The notes beneath the pieces are model-generated. The model did not search any database. It was not told the origin of the DNA and saw only the letters and a list, made by a program, of their open reading frames with translations. The translations under genes and the position numbers were made by a program. A DNA stretch of 64,000 bases from Acidobacteriota bacterium (GTDB lineage: Bacteria; Acidobacteriota; Vicinamibacteria; Fen-336): the NCBI GenBank assembly GCA_022340585.1, contig JAJDNS010000037.1:4834-68833 (forward strand). Reading direction: 5' to 3'. The number at the start of each line of letters is the position of its first letter. The stretch's first letter is position 1. Shown here piece by piece: positions 44,999-54,432 of the stretch.

Positions 44999-45077
44999 TG
45001 GTTCCCCCGGCCGGATTCGAACCGGCACCACACCGGGTCTGAGCCGGTGGCCTCTACCGACTTGGGGCTACCGGGGT
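44999..45077 (-). tRNA. tRNA-like gene with encoded 3' CCA; anticodon loop reads CUCAGAC (CAG) but body is class I
   Basis: Reverse complement shows a T-arm GCCGG-UUCGAAU-CCGGC, anticodon stem ACCGG/CCGGU, 5-nt variable loop and 3' terminal ACCA. The acceptor ACCCCGG/CGGGGGA has 1:72 and 6:67 mismatches. A CAG anticodon in a short-variable-arm tRNA is atypical for Leu. Confidence 0.5.
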
Positions 45078-45134
45078 CCCGTGGGCACACACTCCTCCTC
45101 CTCCATCGGCCTCGCCGATGGTCAGACAAACAAA

Positions 45135-45167
45135 AAGGCCTTCCGGGATCGCTCCCCGGAAGGCCTT
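45135..45167 (-). terminator. rho-independent terminator (13-bp GC-rich stem AAGGCCTTCCGGG / CCCGGAAGGCCTT, 7-nt loop, followed on the minus strand by TTTTTGTTTGT)
   Basis: Read directly from the sequence. Lies about 230 nt downstream of the arylsulfatase stop on the same strand. Confidence 0.6.
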
Positions 45168-45389
45168 CAGATGCGAAATGAGCTCAGGCCGTCTCTAGGG
45201 CGCAGACCCCTCCTTGCTGGAGCCAGGCGCACGAAGGTCACGCGGGCACACCTGGGTCCGCGAATACCAGCGCGTCGCACTGAGCAAGCTCGTCATCTCG
45301 ATCGGCACTCCATTCAACACAGCGTCACAGAAGGTAGGCAGCGAGGTCCACTCTGTCAATGGCTAATGTGCCAATGGCCGAGAAAGAGC

Positions 45390-46808
45390 TCAGGGCGCGC
45401 GACCGGGCTCGCGCACGCCCGTTCCCTTCTGCTCCGTGGCCGAGTCTCCGAGGTCCTTGCGCGCCTCCTCGGCGAGGGCCTCGAGCCGCTTCACGACGTC
45501 GGGGTGCTGCGCCGCCACGTCGGTGGTCTCCGAGCGATCCACCCGGAGGTCGAACAGCGCGAGACCGATGGAGCGCTGGGTGTACCGGCCCGGCATCCCG
45601 CCGGATCCGGGGGGGCCGTCCAGGCTCCGGTACTCGTGAGGGAAGTGCAGCTTCCACCGCCCGCTCCTCACCGCCTGCAGGTGCCGGCCCCAGTAGAAGA
45701 AGAGGGCTTCGTGAGGAGACACCGCCCCGGGGTCACCCAGGAGAAGCGGGCCGATGTCCTTCCCGTCGATGGGCAGCTCAGGCAGCGGCGCCCCGGCCAG
45801 GCGCCCGATCGTGGGGAGAAGGTCGATCGTCATGGCCGGCTCGGTCACCACCGTGCCCGCGGGGATCCGTCCCGGCCAGCGGGCGAGGAAGGGCACGCCC
45901 ACTCCGCCGTCGAAGGAGGTCCCCTTGCCCTCGCGCAGGGGCCCGGCCGACCCGGCGTGGTCGCCGTAGGACAGCCAGGGCCCGTTGTCGGACGTGAAGA
46001 TCACCAGCGTGCTCTCGTCGAGGCCGAGCCGCTCGAGGGTGTCGAGGATGCGCCCGACGGTGTCGTCGATCTCCTCGATGACGTCGCCGAAGAGCCCTCG
46101 TGGCGTCCGTCCGCGGAAGGCCTCCGACGCGAAGATCGGGACGTGGGGCATCGAGTGGGCGAGGTAGACGAAGAAGGGCTCGTCTCGGTGAGCCTCGATG
46201 AAGGCCACTGCCCGCCGCCCGTACTCGCCGGTGAGCTGCGACTGGTCGGGGTTGGTCTCGACCGTCTCCTCACCCTCGATGAGAGGCAGCGGAGGGTAGT
46301 CGCCGGGCCGTTCGGGGTGGAAGGGCCACATGTCGTTGGAGTAGGGCAGCCCGTAGTAGTCGTCGAAGCCGTGGCGGGTGGGCAGGAAGGGAGGCAGGTG
46401 CCCCAGGTGCCACTTGCCGTAGATCGCGGTGGCGTAGCCACCCTTCTTCAGCATCTCGGCGAGGGTCGTCTCCTCCGCTGAGATGCCGTGCCGGGCGCGG
46501 TGGTCGACGGCGCCGGTGAGGCCCACGCGCTGGGGGTAGGCCCCCGTGAGGAGGGCCGCTCGGGAGGCAGTGCAGACCGCCTGGGCCACGTAGAAGTCGG
46601 TGAAGCGCACCCCCTCGGCGGCGAGTCGGTCGATGTGGGGCGTCGAGTACCCCTGAGCCCCGAACACCCCCACGTCCCCGTAGCCGAGATCATCGGCGAA
46701 CACGAGGACCACGTTGGGGGGGCGCTCGGCGGCACCGGAGACGGAGGGGAGAAGGAGCGCCGCCATGCTCAGCGGAACGGCCAGCCGGACGGATCGATTC
46801 GCGCGCAT
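45390..46808 (-). CDS. arylsulfatase (sulfatase family, formylglycine-dependent)
   Basis: ATG at 46808 with signal peptide. Sulfatase signature CTASRAALLTG (C-x-A/P-x-R) and GKWHLG. Confidence 0.85.
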   Translation of the reverse strand: MRANRSVRLAVPLSMAALLLPSVSGAAERPPNVVLVFADDLGYGDVGVFGAQGYSTPHIDRLAAEGVRFTDFYVAQAVCTASRAALLTGAYPQRVGLTGAVDHRARHGISAEETTLAEMLKKGGYATAIYGKWHLGHLPPFLPTRHGFDDYYGLPYSNDMWPFHPERPGDYPPLPLIEGEETVETNPDQSQLTGEYGRRAVAFIEAHRDEPFFVYLAHSMPHVPIFASEAFRGRTPRGLFGDVIEEIDDTVGRILDTLERLGLDESTLVIFTSDNGPWLSYGDHAGSAGPLREGKGTSFDGGVGVPFLARWPGRIPAGTVVTEPAMTIDLLPTIGRLAGAPLPELPIDGKDIGPLLLGDPGAVSPHEALFFYWGRHLQAVRSGRWKLHFPHEYRSLDGPPGSGGMPGRYTQRSIGLALFDLRVDRSETTDVAAQHPDVVKRLEALAEEARKDLGDSATEQKGTGVREPGRAP

Positions 46809-46878
46809 GGGCTCCTCCGTTGGCGGCGATTCTACCCGTCTTGACATGCCGGGGCGGCCCAACTATACGAGAGAGCGG

Positions 46879-47844
46879 ATGTCTCCCTCCCTGGTCGTCG
46901 GCCTCAACGCGGTCATCGTCGCGGTAACCGACGAGGAGCCGCGGCTGCTCACCGTGGAGCGCGAGGAGCGGGGGCCGCGGGGGGCCGGCGCCGTGGAGAC
47001 GGCTCTCCCCTTCGGTCCCCTCGACCCCGCCGGTCACCGGACCCTGGAGCTGGGCTTGCGCGACTGGGTGCACGAGCAGACGGGGCTGGAGCTGGGCTAC
47101 GCAGAGCAGCTGTACACGTTCGGCGACCGCCACCGTGACCCGAGGGAGCGAGCGGGCGGTCCGCGCGTGCTGTCGATCGCCTACCTGGCCCTCGTGCGCG
47201 AAGGACGGGTGGCCGGAGGCGGGCGAGCCCGCTGGCGGGGCTTCTACGAGTTTCTGCCGTGGGAGGACGCCCGAGCCGGGCGGCCAGAGCTCGTCGACGG
47301 GGTGATCGCCCCGGCGCTCGCCGAGTGGGTGAGGACGGCCTCCGACGCCAAGACGCGCCGGGCCCGGCGCGAGCGTGCCGACATCGCCTTCGGCCTGCGC
47401 GGCGTGGCCTTCGGCAGCGAGCGGGTGCTGGAGCGGTACGAGCTCCTCTACGAAGCCGGTCTCGTCGGCGAGGCGCGACGCGATCGAGGCCGCGTCGCTG
47501 CCGTGAGGCCGTCGCTCCTGGGTGAGCCGATGGCCCTCGACCACCGACGCCTCATGGCCACCGCCCTCGGGCGCCTCCGCGGCAAGCTCAAGTATCGGCC
47601 GGTGCTGTTCGAGCTGGTGCCGCCCACGTTCACCCTCCTGCGCCTGCAGCGCGTGGTCGAGGCCCTGGCCGGGGTGCGTCTGCACAAGCAGAACTTCCGG
47701 CGCCTGGTCGAGAAGGGGGGGCTGGTCGAGGGAACCGGGGTGGTCGAGCCGCAGGGAATCGGCCGTCCCGCCGAGCTGTTCCGCTTCCGGCGTGAGGTCC
47801 TGCGCGAGCGCCTGGCTCCCGGCGTCGGGGTGGGGCGCCGCTAG
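46879..47844 (+). CDS. Nudix-related transcriptional regulator NrtR-like (Nudix fold plus C-terminal winged helix)
   Basis: ATG at 46879 within ORF 46714..47844. N-terminal Nudix-like fold with a partly degenerate Nudix box (GHRTLELGLRDWVHEQTGLEL). C-terminal about 120 aa typical of the NrtR DNA-binding domain. Sits immediately upstream of nadABC. Confidence 0.68.
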   Translation: MSPSLVVGLNAVIVAVTDEEPRLLTVEREERGPRGAGAVETALPFGPLDPAGHRTLELGLRDWVHEQTGLELGYAEQLYTFGDRHRDPRERAGGPRVLSIAYLALVREGRVAGGGRARWRGFYEFLPWEDARAGRPELVDGVIAPALAEWVRTASDAKTRRARRERADIAFGLRGVAFGSERVLERYELLYEAGLVGEARRDRGRVAAVRPSLLGEPMALDHRRLMATALGRLRGKLKYRPVLFELVPPTFTLLRLQRVVEALAGVRLHKQNFRRLVEKGGLVEGTGVVEPQGIGRPAELFRFRREVLRERLAPGVGVGRR

Positions 47845-47936
47845 TGCCCTCGTCCGGAATGAAGGTGTCGCAATCCGGGCACTGGAGACGAGCATGAGGC
47901 GGGCGACACCGGGTGGGCCGAACAGGGCTTGACTTT

Positions 47937-47955
47937 TATGCTCCGAAGTAGCATA
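47937..47955. promoter_or_regulatory. palindromic operator TATGCTCCGAAGTAGCATA overlapping a TTGACT -35-like element (putative NrtR site 1)
   Basis: Read directly from the sequence. The inverted half-sites TATGCT/AGCATA are shared with site 2. Confidence 0.6.
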
Positions 47956-48001
47956 TTGAGGATGATTTGGGCGGTATGGCCGCCCTTTCTTGTAGCGCTT
48001 A

Positions 48002-48022
48002 TTATGCTCCTCAAGAGCATAA
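48002..48022. promoter_or_regulatory. palindromic operator TTATGCTCCTCAAGAGCATAA (putative NrtR site 2), 14 nt upstream of the nadA start
   Basis: Read directly from the sequence. 21-bp palindrome with the same half-site as site 1. Confidence 0.6.
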
Positions 48023-48035
48023 GGGGAGGCCCAGG

Positions 48036-49073
48036 ATGAGCACGACGCCCCCGACCCCGGCGGGAGAGGAGCCCCGCTACACGCCGGCGGTGGCCCGTCG
48101 CACCGCCGACGTCCTCGAGCGAGTGCGCCGCGTCGTGCCCGAGATCGAGTGGCCGGTCCACGCCCCCTACATCGACGCCATCCGTGAGTGGAAGGCGAAG
48201 CGCAACGCCGTGGTCCTGGCCCACAACTACCAGACCCCGGAGATCTTCCACGGGGTGGCGGACCTCAAGGGCGACTCCCTGGCCCTGGCCCGCATGGCCG
48301 CGGACACCGACGCCGACGTGATCGTGATGGCCGGCGTCCACTTCATGGCGGAGACGGCCAAGATCCTGAGCCCGGAGAAGACGGTCCTCATCCCGGACCT
48401 GGAGGCCGGCTGCTCCCTCGCCGAGTCCATTACCGCCGCCGACGTTCGCCTGCTCCGCGAGCGCTACCCCGGCGCCCCCGTCGTGACCTACGTCAACACC
48501 TCGGCCGCGGTGAAGGCGGAGTCCGACGTGTGCTGCACCTCGGCCAACGCGGTGGAGGTCGTGGAGTCCCTCGAGGCCGACCGGGTCGTCTTCCTGCCCG
48601 ACGAGTACCTGGGGCGCTACGTGGCCTCGAAGACGGATACCGAGATCATCCTCTGGAAGGGCCACTGCGAGGTGCACGAGCGCTTCACCGGGAAGGAGAT
48701 CGAGGCCTACCGCGAGCAGCACCCGGGCATCTCGGTGCTCGCGCACCCGGAGTGCCCACCCGACGTTCTCGCCGCCTCCGATTTCGTGGGATCGACGTCG
48801 GGCCTGATCCAGCACCTGGCGGCCCACCGGCCCCCGCGCGTGGTCCTCATCACGGAGTGCTCCATGAGCGACAACGTGGCGGTGGAGTTCCCGGACACCG
48901 AGTTCATCCGCCCCTGCAACCTGTGCCCCCACATGAAGCGGATCACGCTGCCGAACATCCTCCGCTCGCTGCAGGAGATGGAGCACCGGGTGGAGGTGGA
49001 GCCGGAGGTGGCGGAGCGGGCCCGCGCCGCCGTCGAGCGAATGCTGGAGGTCGGGCGAGGAGAGGGCCGATGA
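48036..49073 (+). CDS. nadA: quinolinate synthase
   Basis: ATG at 48036 within ORF 47967..49073. NadA motifs ([39 protein letters not shown]). Confidence 0.9.
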   Translation: MSTTPPTPAGEEPRYTPAVARRTADVLERVRRVVPEIEWPVHAPYIDAIREWKAKRNAVVLAHNYQTPEIFHGVADLKGDSLALARMAADTDADVIVMAGVHFMAETAKILSPEKTVLIPDLEAGCSLAESITAADVRLLRERYPGAPVVTYVNTSAAVKAESDVCCTSANAVEVVESLEADRVVFLPDEYLGRYVASKTDTEIILWKGHCEVHERFTGKEIEAYREQHPGISVLAHPECPPDVLAASDFVGSTSGLIQHLAAHRPPRVVLITECSMSDNVAVEFPDTEFIRPCNLCPHMKRITLPNILRSLQEMEHRVEVEPEVAERARAAVERMLEVGRGEGR

Positions 49074-50671
49074 GCGTCCGCCTGCAGGGAATCCGCGACG
49101 TCGACGTCGTGGTGATCGGCGCTGGCGCCGCCGGCCTGAGCGTCGCCCTCGGCCTCGAGGGCCGCGCGGTGGACCTCCTGGCCAAGGGCCCGCTCTCGCG
49201 GACCGGCAACAGCCCCCTGGCCCAGGGCGGGGTGGCCGCCGCCGTCGGCCCCGACGACACCCCCGGGCTCCACGCGGCCGACACCCTGGCCGTCGGGGGC
49301 GCGGTCGGCGATCCCGACACGGTGGCCCGGCTGACGACCGAAGGCCCGCAGCGAATGGCCGACCTCATCGAGCTCGGGGCACGCTTCGACCGTCACGCCG
49401 ACGGCGCCCTCGACCTCGCCCGGGAAGCCGCCCACTCCCGACAGCGGATCCTGCACGCCCGCGACGCGACGGGCGCCGAGATCGTTCGTGCCCTCGGGGA
49501 GGCAGTGGGCCGCGTCGGCGGGCTGACGGTCTTCGAGCGGAGCTTCGCCGTCGACCTCGTGACGGCCGCCGGGCGGCTCGTGGGCGTCCTCGTGCGGCAC
49601 GCCGACGGGACGCTGGTCCTGCACCGTGCCCGCGCCGTGGTCCTGGCGACGGGGGGTATCGGCCAGGTCTACTCGCGCACCACCAACCCGGTCGAGGCCA
49701 CCGGCGACGGGCTCGCCCTGGCCTGGAGGGTCGGGGCGCGGGTCGGTGATGTGGAGTACGTCCAGTTCCACCCCACCGCCCTCGACGTGGGCGAGGACCC
49801 GATGCCTCTCCTGACCGAGGCGCTCCGCGGGGCCGGGGCCCGGCTGGTCGACGAGCACGAGCGCCCCATCTTCGATGTCCCCGGGGGCGAGCTGCAGGCT
49901 CGCGACATCGTCGCCCGGGGGATCTGGGCGGCGCTGGGGCAGGGGCGCCGCCCCCTCCTCGACGCCCGGCAGGCCGTGGGGACGGCCTTCCCGGAGGAAT
50001 TCCCGACCGTCTTCGAGGCCTGCCAGAACCACGGGCTGGATCCCCGCGTCGAGCCCATGCCCGTCGCCCCGGCGGCGCACTACCACATGGGGGGCGTTCT
50101 CGTGGACGGGGACGGGCGCACCTCGGTGCCCGGTCTGTGGGCGGCGGGAGAGGTGGCGTGCACGGGAGTCCACGGTGCCAACCGTCTGGCGAGCAACTCG
50201 CTCCTCGAGGCCCTGGTCTTCGGGTCCCGGGCCGCGCGCTCGGTGGAAGAAGCGCTGGCCCGTGACGCCGATGCCCGTCTGCGTGATCTCCCCGACGACC
50301 TGCCCGTGGTGGCGGAAGCGTCCGCGGGCCGGGCCCAGGTGGCCCGACTGCGTCGGCTGATGTGGGACCGGGCGGGTCTGGTGCGCACGGGCGAGGGGCT
50401 GCGCGATGCTCTCGACGAGATCGATCACCTCCGGAACGGGCTGCCCGAGGGGGTCTCCGAGGCCCGCAACCTCGTCACCGTCGCCCACCTGGTGTCCCGT
50501 GCTGCGCTGGCCCGGCCGGAGAGCCGGGGGGGGCACTTCCGAGCCGACCATCCCGACACCCGGAGCACCTGGGCGCGTCGGCTCGTCCTGAGCCGCAGTG
50601 GCGACCAGGAGCTGCTGGCCTTCGAGCCGATCCGCCGCCCCTCGGCGCCGCGCCACCAGGCCTCGGCATGA
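49070..50671 (+). CDS. nadB: L-aspartate oxidase
   Basis: ATGA overlap with nadA. FAD Rossmann motif [15 protein letters not shown] and succinate-dehydrogenase/fumarate-reductase flavoprotein-like core ([14 protein letters not shown]). Confidence 0.9.
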   Translation: MSVRLQGIRDVDVVVIGAGAAGLSVALGLEGRAVDLLAKGPLSRTGNSPLAQGGVAAAVGPDDTPGLHAADTLAVGGAVGDPDTVARLTTEGPQRMADLIELGARFDRHADGALDLAREAAHSRQRILHARDATGAEIVRALGEAVGRVGGLTVFERSFAVDLVTAAGRLVGVLVRHADGTLVLHRARAVVLATGGIGQVYSRTTNPVEATGDGLALAWRVGARVGDVEYVQFHPTALDVGEDPMPLLTEALRGAGARLVDEHERPIFDVPGGELQARDIVARGIWAALGQGRRPLLDARQAVGTAFPEEFPTVFEACQNHGLDPRVEPMPVAPAAHYHMGGVLVDGDGRTSVPGLWAAGEVACTGVHGANRLASNSLLEALVFGSRAARSVEEALARDADARLRDLPDDLPVVAEASAGRAQVARLRRLMWDRAGLVRTGEGLRDALDEIDHLRNGLPEGVSEARNLVTVAHLVSRAALARPESRGGHFRADHPDTRSTWARRLVLSRSGDQELLAFEPIRRPSAPRHQASA

Positions 50672-51528
50672 GTGGAGTACCGGTCGCTCCTCTCCCGCCC
50701 CTGCTCTACGAGGAGCGGGTGCGCCGAGCCCTCGCCGAGGACCTGGGGCGGGCGGGGGACGTCACCACCGACGCCACCGTGCCCGCCGACCGGGCCGGCG
50801 AGGCGGCGATCGTCGCCCGAGCTCCGGGGCGGGTGGCCGGCCTCGACGTGGCCCTCTCGGCGTTCCGGGTGCTCGACCCGGCGACGACGACCGAGATCCT
50901 GCGAGCCGACGGGAGCGACGTGGACGGAGCCGCAGTGCTGGCCCGGGTCCGCGCGTCGGCCCGCGCGCTTCTCACCGGGGAGCGGACGGCGCTCAACTTT
51001 CTCGGGCACCTGAGCGGCATCGCCACCGCGACCCGGGACGTCGTCGCGCGCCTCGAGGGTCTGCCCACCAGGGTGGCGTGCACCCGCAAGACGACACCCG
51101 GTCTTCGGACCCTGGAGAAGCACGCGGTGCGACTCGGGGGCGGGGAGAGCCACCGCTATGGTCTCGACGACGCCGTCCTCATCAAGGACAACCACGTGGC
51201 CGTGGCCGGGGGAATCACCGCCGCGGTGGAGCGTGCACGGGCCAGCGTGAGCCACTTGGTCAAGATCGAGCTGGAGGTGGACACCCTGGCCCAGCTCGAC
51301 GAGGCCCTGAGTCTCGGGGTCGACGTGATCCTCCTCGACAACATGGATCTGGAGACCCTGCGCGAGGCGGCACGACGGGCGCGGGGACGGGCGTTGACCG
51401 AGGCCTCCGGAGGCATCCGCCCCGAGGACGTCCGGGCCATCGCCGAGACCGGAGTGGACCTCATCTCCCTCGGCTGGCTCACCCACAGCGCCCCCTCCCT
51501 CGACGTCGCCCTCGACATCTTCTCCTGA
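50668..51528 (+). CDS. nadC: nicotinate-nucleotide pyrophosphorylase (carboxylating)
   Basis: ATGA overlap with nadB. QPRTase motifs (GERTALNFLGHLSGIAT, CTRKTTPGLR, VLIKDNH, ILLDNM, ASGGI). Confidence 0.9.
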   Translation: MSGVPVAPLPPLLYEERVRRALAEDLGRAGDVTTDATVPADRAGEAAIVARAPGRVAGLDVALSAFRVLDPATTTEILRADGSDVDGAAVLARVRASARALLTGERTALNFLGHLSGIATATRDVVARLEGLPTRVACTRKTTPGLRTLEKHAVRLGGGESHRYGLDDAVLIKDNHVAVAGGITAAVERARASVSHLVKIELEVDTLAQLDEALSLGVDVILLDNMDLETLREAARRARGRALTEASGGIRPEDVRAIAETGVDLISLGWLTHSAPSLDVALDIFS

Positions 51529-51712
51529 GCCCGAGGGGCGTTCCCGGGGGCCGGCGAGACGGCGCTCGAGGTGTTGGGCTATCCTGTAGGAAAGACAGCC
51601 GTCAGTTCAGGTCGAGGTGATGCGGGGTTCTTGCGCCGGCCGGAGGTGTCCTCCGGATCCGGTGGTGGGCCCTCGCTGATGGGCTGGGGGGCGACCAGAG
51701 AGGGGAACGTCG

Positions 51713-52663
51713 ATGTCCGACAAGAAGATCATTGCCGTCATGGGGGCCACCGGTGCCCAGGGAGGTGGCCTGGTGCGGGCCATCCTGGACGATCCCAGCG
51801 GTGGGTTCGCGGTGCGAGCCGTCACGAGGAAGGCGAGCTCCGAAAAGGCCCGGGAGCTTGCGAAGCTGGGCGCCGAGGTCGTCGAGGCCGACGTCGACGA
51901 CGTGGAGAGCCTGAAGAAGGCGTTTGCCGGGGCGTATGGGGCCTACTGCGTCACCTTCTTCTGGGAGCACTTCTCGCCGGAGAAGGAGCTCGCCCACATC
52001 CGGGCGATGGCGACGGCGGCAAAGGAGGCCGGCCTGAAGCACGTCGTCTGGTCGACCCTCGAGGACACGCGGCAGTGGGTGCCGCTGACCGACGACCGGA
52101 TGCCCACGCTCATGGAGAAGTACAAGGTGCCGCACTTCGACGCCAAGGGCGAGGGCAACGCCATCTTCACCGAGCTCGGGGTGCCGACGACGTTTCTCCT
52201 GACGTCGTTCTACTGGGACAACTTCATCCACTTCGGGATGGGTCCGAAGAAGGGTCCCGACGGTGTCCTCGCCATCACGATGCCGATGGGTGAGGGCAAG
52301 CTGCCCGGCATCGCCGCCGCCGACATCGGCCGGTCCGCCTACGGCATCTTCAAGAAGGGCCCGGCGCTGGTCGGTCAGACCGTTGGCGTCGCCGGCGAGC
52401 ACCTGACCGGGGCCGAGATGGCCGCTGCCCTCGGACGCGCCCTCGGCCAGGAGATCCGCTACAACGACGTCCCGCCGGAGGTCTATCGCGGGTTCGGCTT
52501 CCCGGGGGCGGAGGACCTCGGCAACATGTTCCAGTTCAAGCGCGACTTCCAGGACGTCTTCTGCGGGGCGCGACCCGTCGACAAGGCCCGGGAGCTCAAC
52601 CCGTCGCTGCAGAGCTTCGAGGCCTGGCTCGCCGACAACAAGGACCGCATCCCCCTCGAGTGA
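51713..52663 (+). CDS. NmrA-family NAD(P)-binding protein
   Basis: N-terminal Rossmann motif IIAVMGATGAQGGGLVRA and NmrA-like architecture over the full 316 aa. Confidence 0.8.
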   Translation: MSDKKIIAVMGATGAQGGGLVRAILDDPSGGFAVRAVTRKASSEKARELAKLGAEVVEADVDDVESLKKAFAGAYGAYCVTFFWEHFSPEKELAHIRAMATAAKEAGLKHVVWSTLEDTRQWVPLTDDRMPTLMEKYKVPHFDAKGEGNAIFTELGVPTTFLLTSFYWDNFIHFGMGPKKGPDGVLAITMPMGEGKLPGIAAADIGRSAYGIFKKGPALVGQTVGVAGEHLTGAEMAAALGRALGQEIRYNDVPPEVYRGFGFPGAEDLGNMFQFKRDFQDVFCGARPVDKARELNPSLQSFEAWLADNKDRIPLE

Positions 52664-52754
52664 CGACGTCCCGAGGGAGGGGGCCGCGCCATCCTTGCCT
52701 CAGACCCCCGACCCTCGGATAGGATCGGGGGCCTGGGGCGAGCGGGAGGCGGTC

Positions 52755-53216
52755 ATGACTCCGGCCGGCGTTACCTTCGGCCACGTGAACATCGTCGCGA
52801 GAGACTGGAAGCGGCTCTCGCGGTTCTACCAGGCGGTCTTCGGGTGCGAGCCGGTGCCGCCGCGCCGCCAGCTGTCCGGGGCCTGGCTGGAGGCGGGTAC
52901 CGGTGTCCCTGGCGCGGCGCTGGAGGGCGAGCATCTCCGGCTTCCCGGCCATGGCCCCGACGGGCCGACCCTCGAGATCTACTCGTACTCGAGGGCCCTC
53001 GACCGGCCGGGGACCGCCGCCAACCGGCTGGGGCTCGGCCACCTCGCCTTCCGCGTTCCCCACGTCGAGGAGGCGCTGGAGCAGGTGCACGCAGAGGGCG
53101 GGCGCGCGCTGGGGGAGGTTGCCTCCGCCCGGGTCCCGGGCAGGGGGCAGCTGACGTTCGTCTACGCGTGTGACCCCGAGAGCAACATCATCGAGCTCCA
53201 GTCCTGGTCCGACTGA
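52755..53216 (+). CDS. VOC (glyoxalase/bleomycin-resistance/dioxygenase) family protein
   Basis: ATG at 52755 within ORF 52695..53216. Two beta-alpha-beta-beta-beta modules (FGHVNIVARD...; LGHLAFRVPHVEEALE...IIELQ). Confidence 0.7.
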   Translation: MTPAGVTFGHVNIVARDWKRLSRFYQAVFGCEPVPPRRQLSGAWLEAGTGVPGAALEGEHLRLPGHGPDGPTLEIYSYSRALDRPGTAANRLGLGHLAFRVPHVEEALEQVHAEGGRALGEVASARVPGRGQLTFVYACDPESNIIELQSWSD

Positions 53217-53315
53217 TCCCCGGAGGATCTGAAGCAAAGAGTCGCCCCCTCTGAGGCAAAGGGCCCATGGAAATTGCTTACTGGAATGGTGGGTAATTAG
53301 GGAGCAGGGGGATGA

Positions 53316-53882
53316 ATGAAGCTCTCGACCCGGGCCCGATACGCGCTTCGAGTGATGCTCGACATCGCGCGGCACGGGGGGCAGGAGACCCCGGTCCCCC
53401 TGGCCGCCGTGGCCACCCGGACGGACCTGTCCCACGGCTATCTCGAGCAGCTCGCCATGGGGCTCCGGCGGGCTCGACTCCTGCGCGGGGTGGCCGGTCG
53501 CAAGGGTGGCTACCTCCTGGGCTCGGAGCCCTCCCAGATCCGGATCGGGACGGTCGTCGAGGCCTCCATCGGTGAGGTCTGTCTCGTCGACTGCGTGAGA
53601 ACCCCTTCTCTGTGCGAGCGGGCGGGCCGCTGCGAGACGCGGGCGCTGTACTGCCTGCTGAACGACCGGATCGAAGAGACCCTCCAGTCCGTGACCCTGG
53701 CCGACCTGATGGACGAGGACTGGCTGGCTGCTCACGGGGGCATCACCCCCGCGGACCTGGCCACGGCGCCCGACGGACCGGATCCGTGCTCCGCGTCGCG
53801 CGGGCCCCGGCGGGGTCGCCCTCGGACCCGCAAGATGCCGGCTGCCGCCGGCGAGACCGCCGAAAGGAGCCCCACGGGATGA
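53316..53882 (+). CDS. Rrf2-family transcriptional regulator (IscR/NsrR-like, three-Cys cluster ligand motif)
   Basis: N-terminal Rrf2 HTH (MKLSTRARYALRVMLDIARHG). Cys motif CLVDCVRTPSLCERAGRC. Extended Arg/Pro-rich C-terminal tail. Confidence 0.8.
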   Translation: MKLSTRARYALRVMLDIARHGGQETPVPLAAVATRTDLSHGYLEQLAMGLRRARLLRGVAGRKGGYLLGSEPSQIRIGTVVEASIGEVCLVDCVRTPSLCERAGRCETRALYCLLNDRIEETLQSVTLADLMDEDWLAAHGGITPADLATAPDGPDPCSASRGPRRGRPRTRKMPAAAGETAERSPTG

Positions 53883-54430
53883 CGCCGACGACGGTGGAGC
53901 AAATGGTGGAACGAAGGATCGGAGACAAGGTCGTTCGCATCGTGCGCGACGACATCACGGACATGGAGGTCGACGCCTTCGTCTTCGACATCACCGAAGA
54001 CGTCAAGCTGGGCTCCGGCCACGGAAGCGCCATCCAGCAGCGAGGGGGCGTCAAGATCCAGGAGGCCCTCGACGCCATCGGGAGCTGCTCCGTCGGGGAG
54101 GCGGTCATCACCACCGGGGGGCTGCTCAAGGCGAAGCACATCATTCACGCGAACGGCCCCAAGTTCTGCGAGCCCGACGAGGAGGGCAAGCTGCGCCGGG
54201 CCGCCCGGGCCGCCCTGCGGCTGGCCGACGAGAACGGCATCGAGACCCTCGCGTTTCCGCCCATGGGGACCGGCCTCTACCAGGTGCCGGTGGACCTCTG
54301 CGCCCGCGTGCTGGTCGATACGGTCGCCGAGCACCTGGCCGGCGAGACCGGCCTCAAGGAGGTGCTGTTCGTCGTCCCCGACTCCCGTGAGCGTGGGGCC
54401 TTCGAGGCCCGGATCCAGGAAGGAGCCTGA
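53879..54430 (+). CDS. macro domain protein (ADP-ribose/O-acetyl-ADP-ribose binding or hydrolase)
   Basis: ATGA overlap with the Rrf2 gene. Macro motifs (IVRDDITDMEVDAFVF, HANGPKF, LAFPPMGTGLYQVP). Confidence 0.8.
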   Translation: MTPTTVEQMVERRIGDKVVRIVRDDITDMEVDAFVFDITEDVKLGSGHGSAIQQRGGVKIQEALDAIGSCSVGEAVITTGGLLKAKHIIHANGPKFCEPDEEGKLRRAARAALRLADENGIETLAFPPMGTGLYQVPVDLCARVLVDTVAEHLAGETGLKEVLFVVPDSRERGAFEARIQEGA

Positions 54431-54432
54431 AG

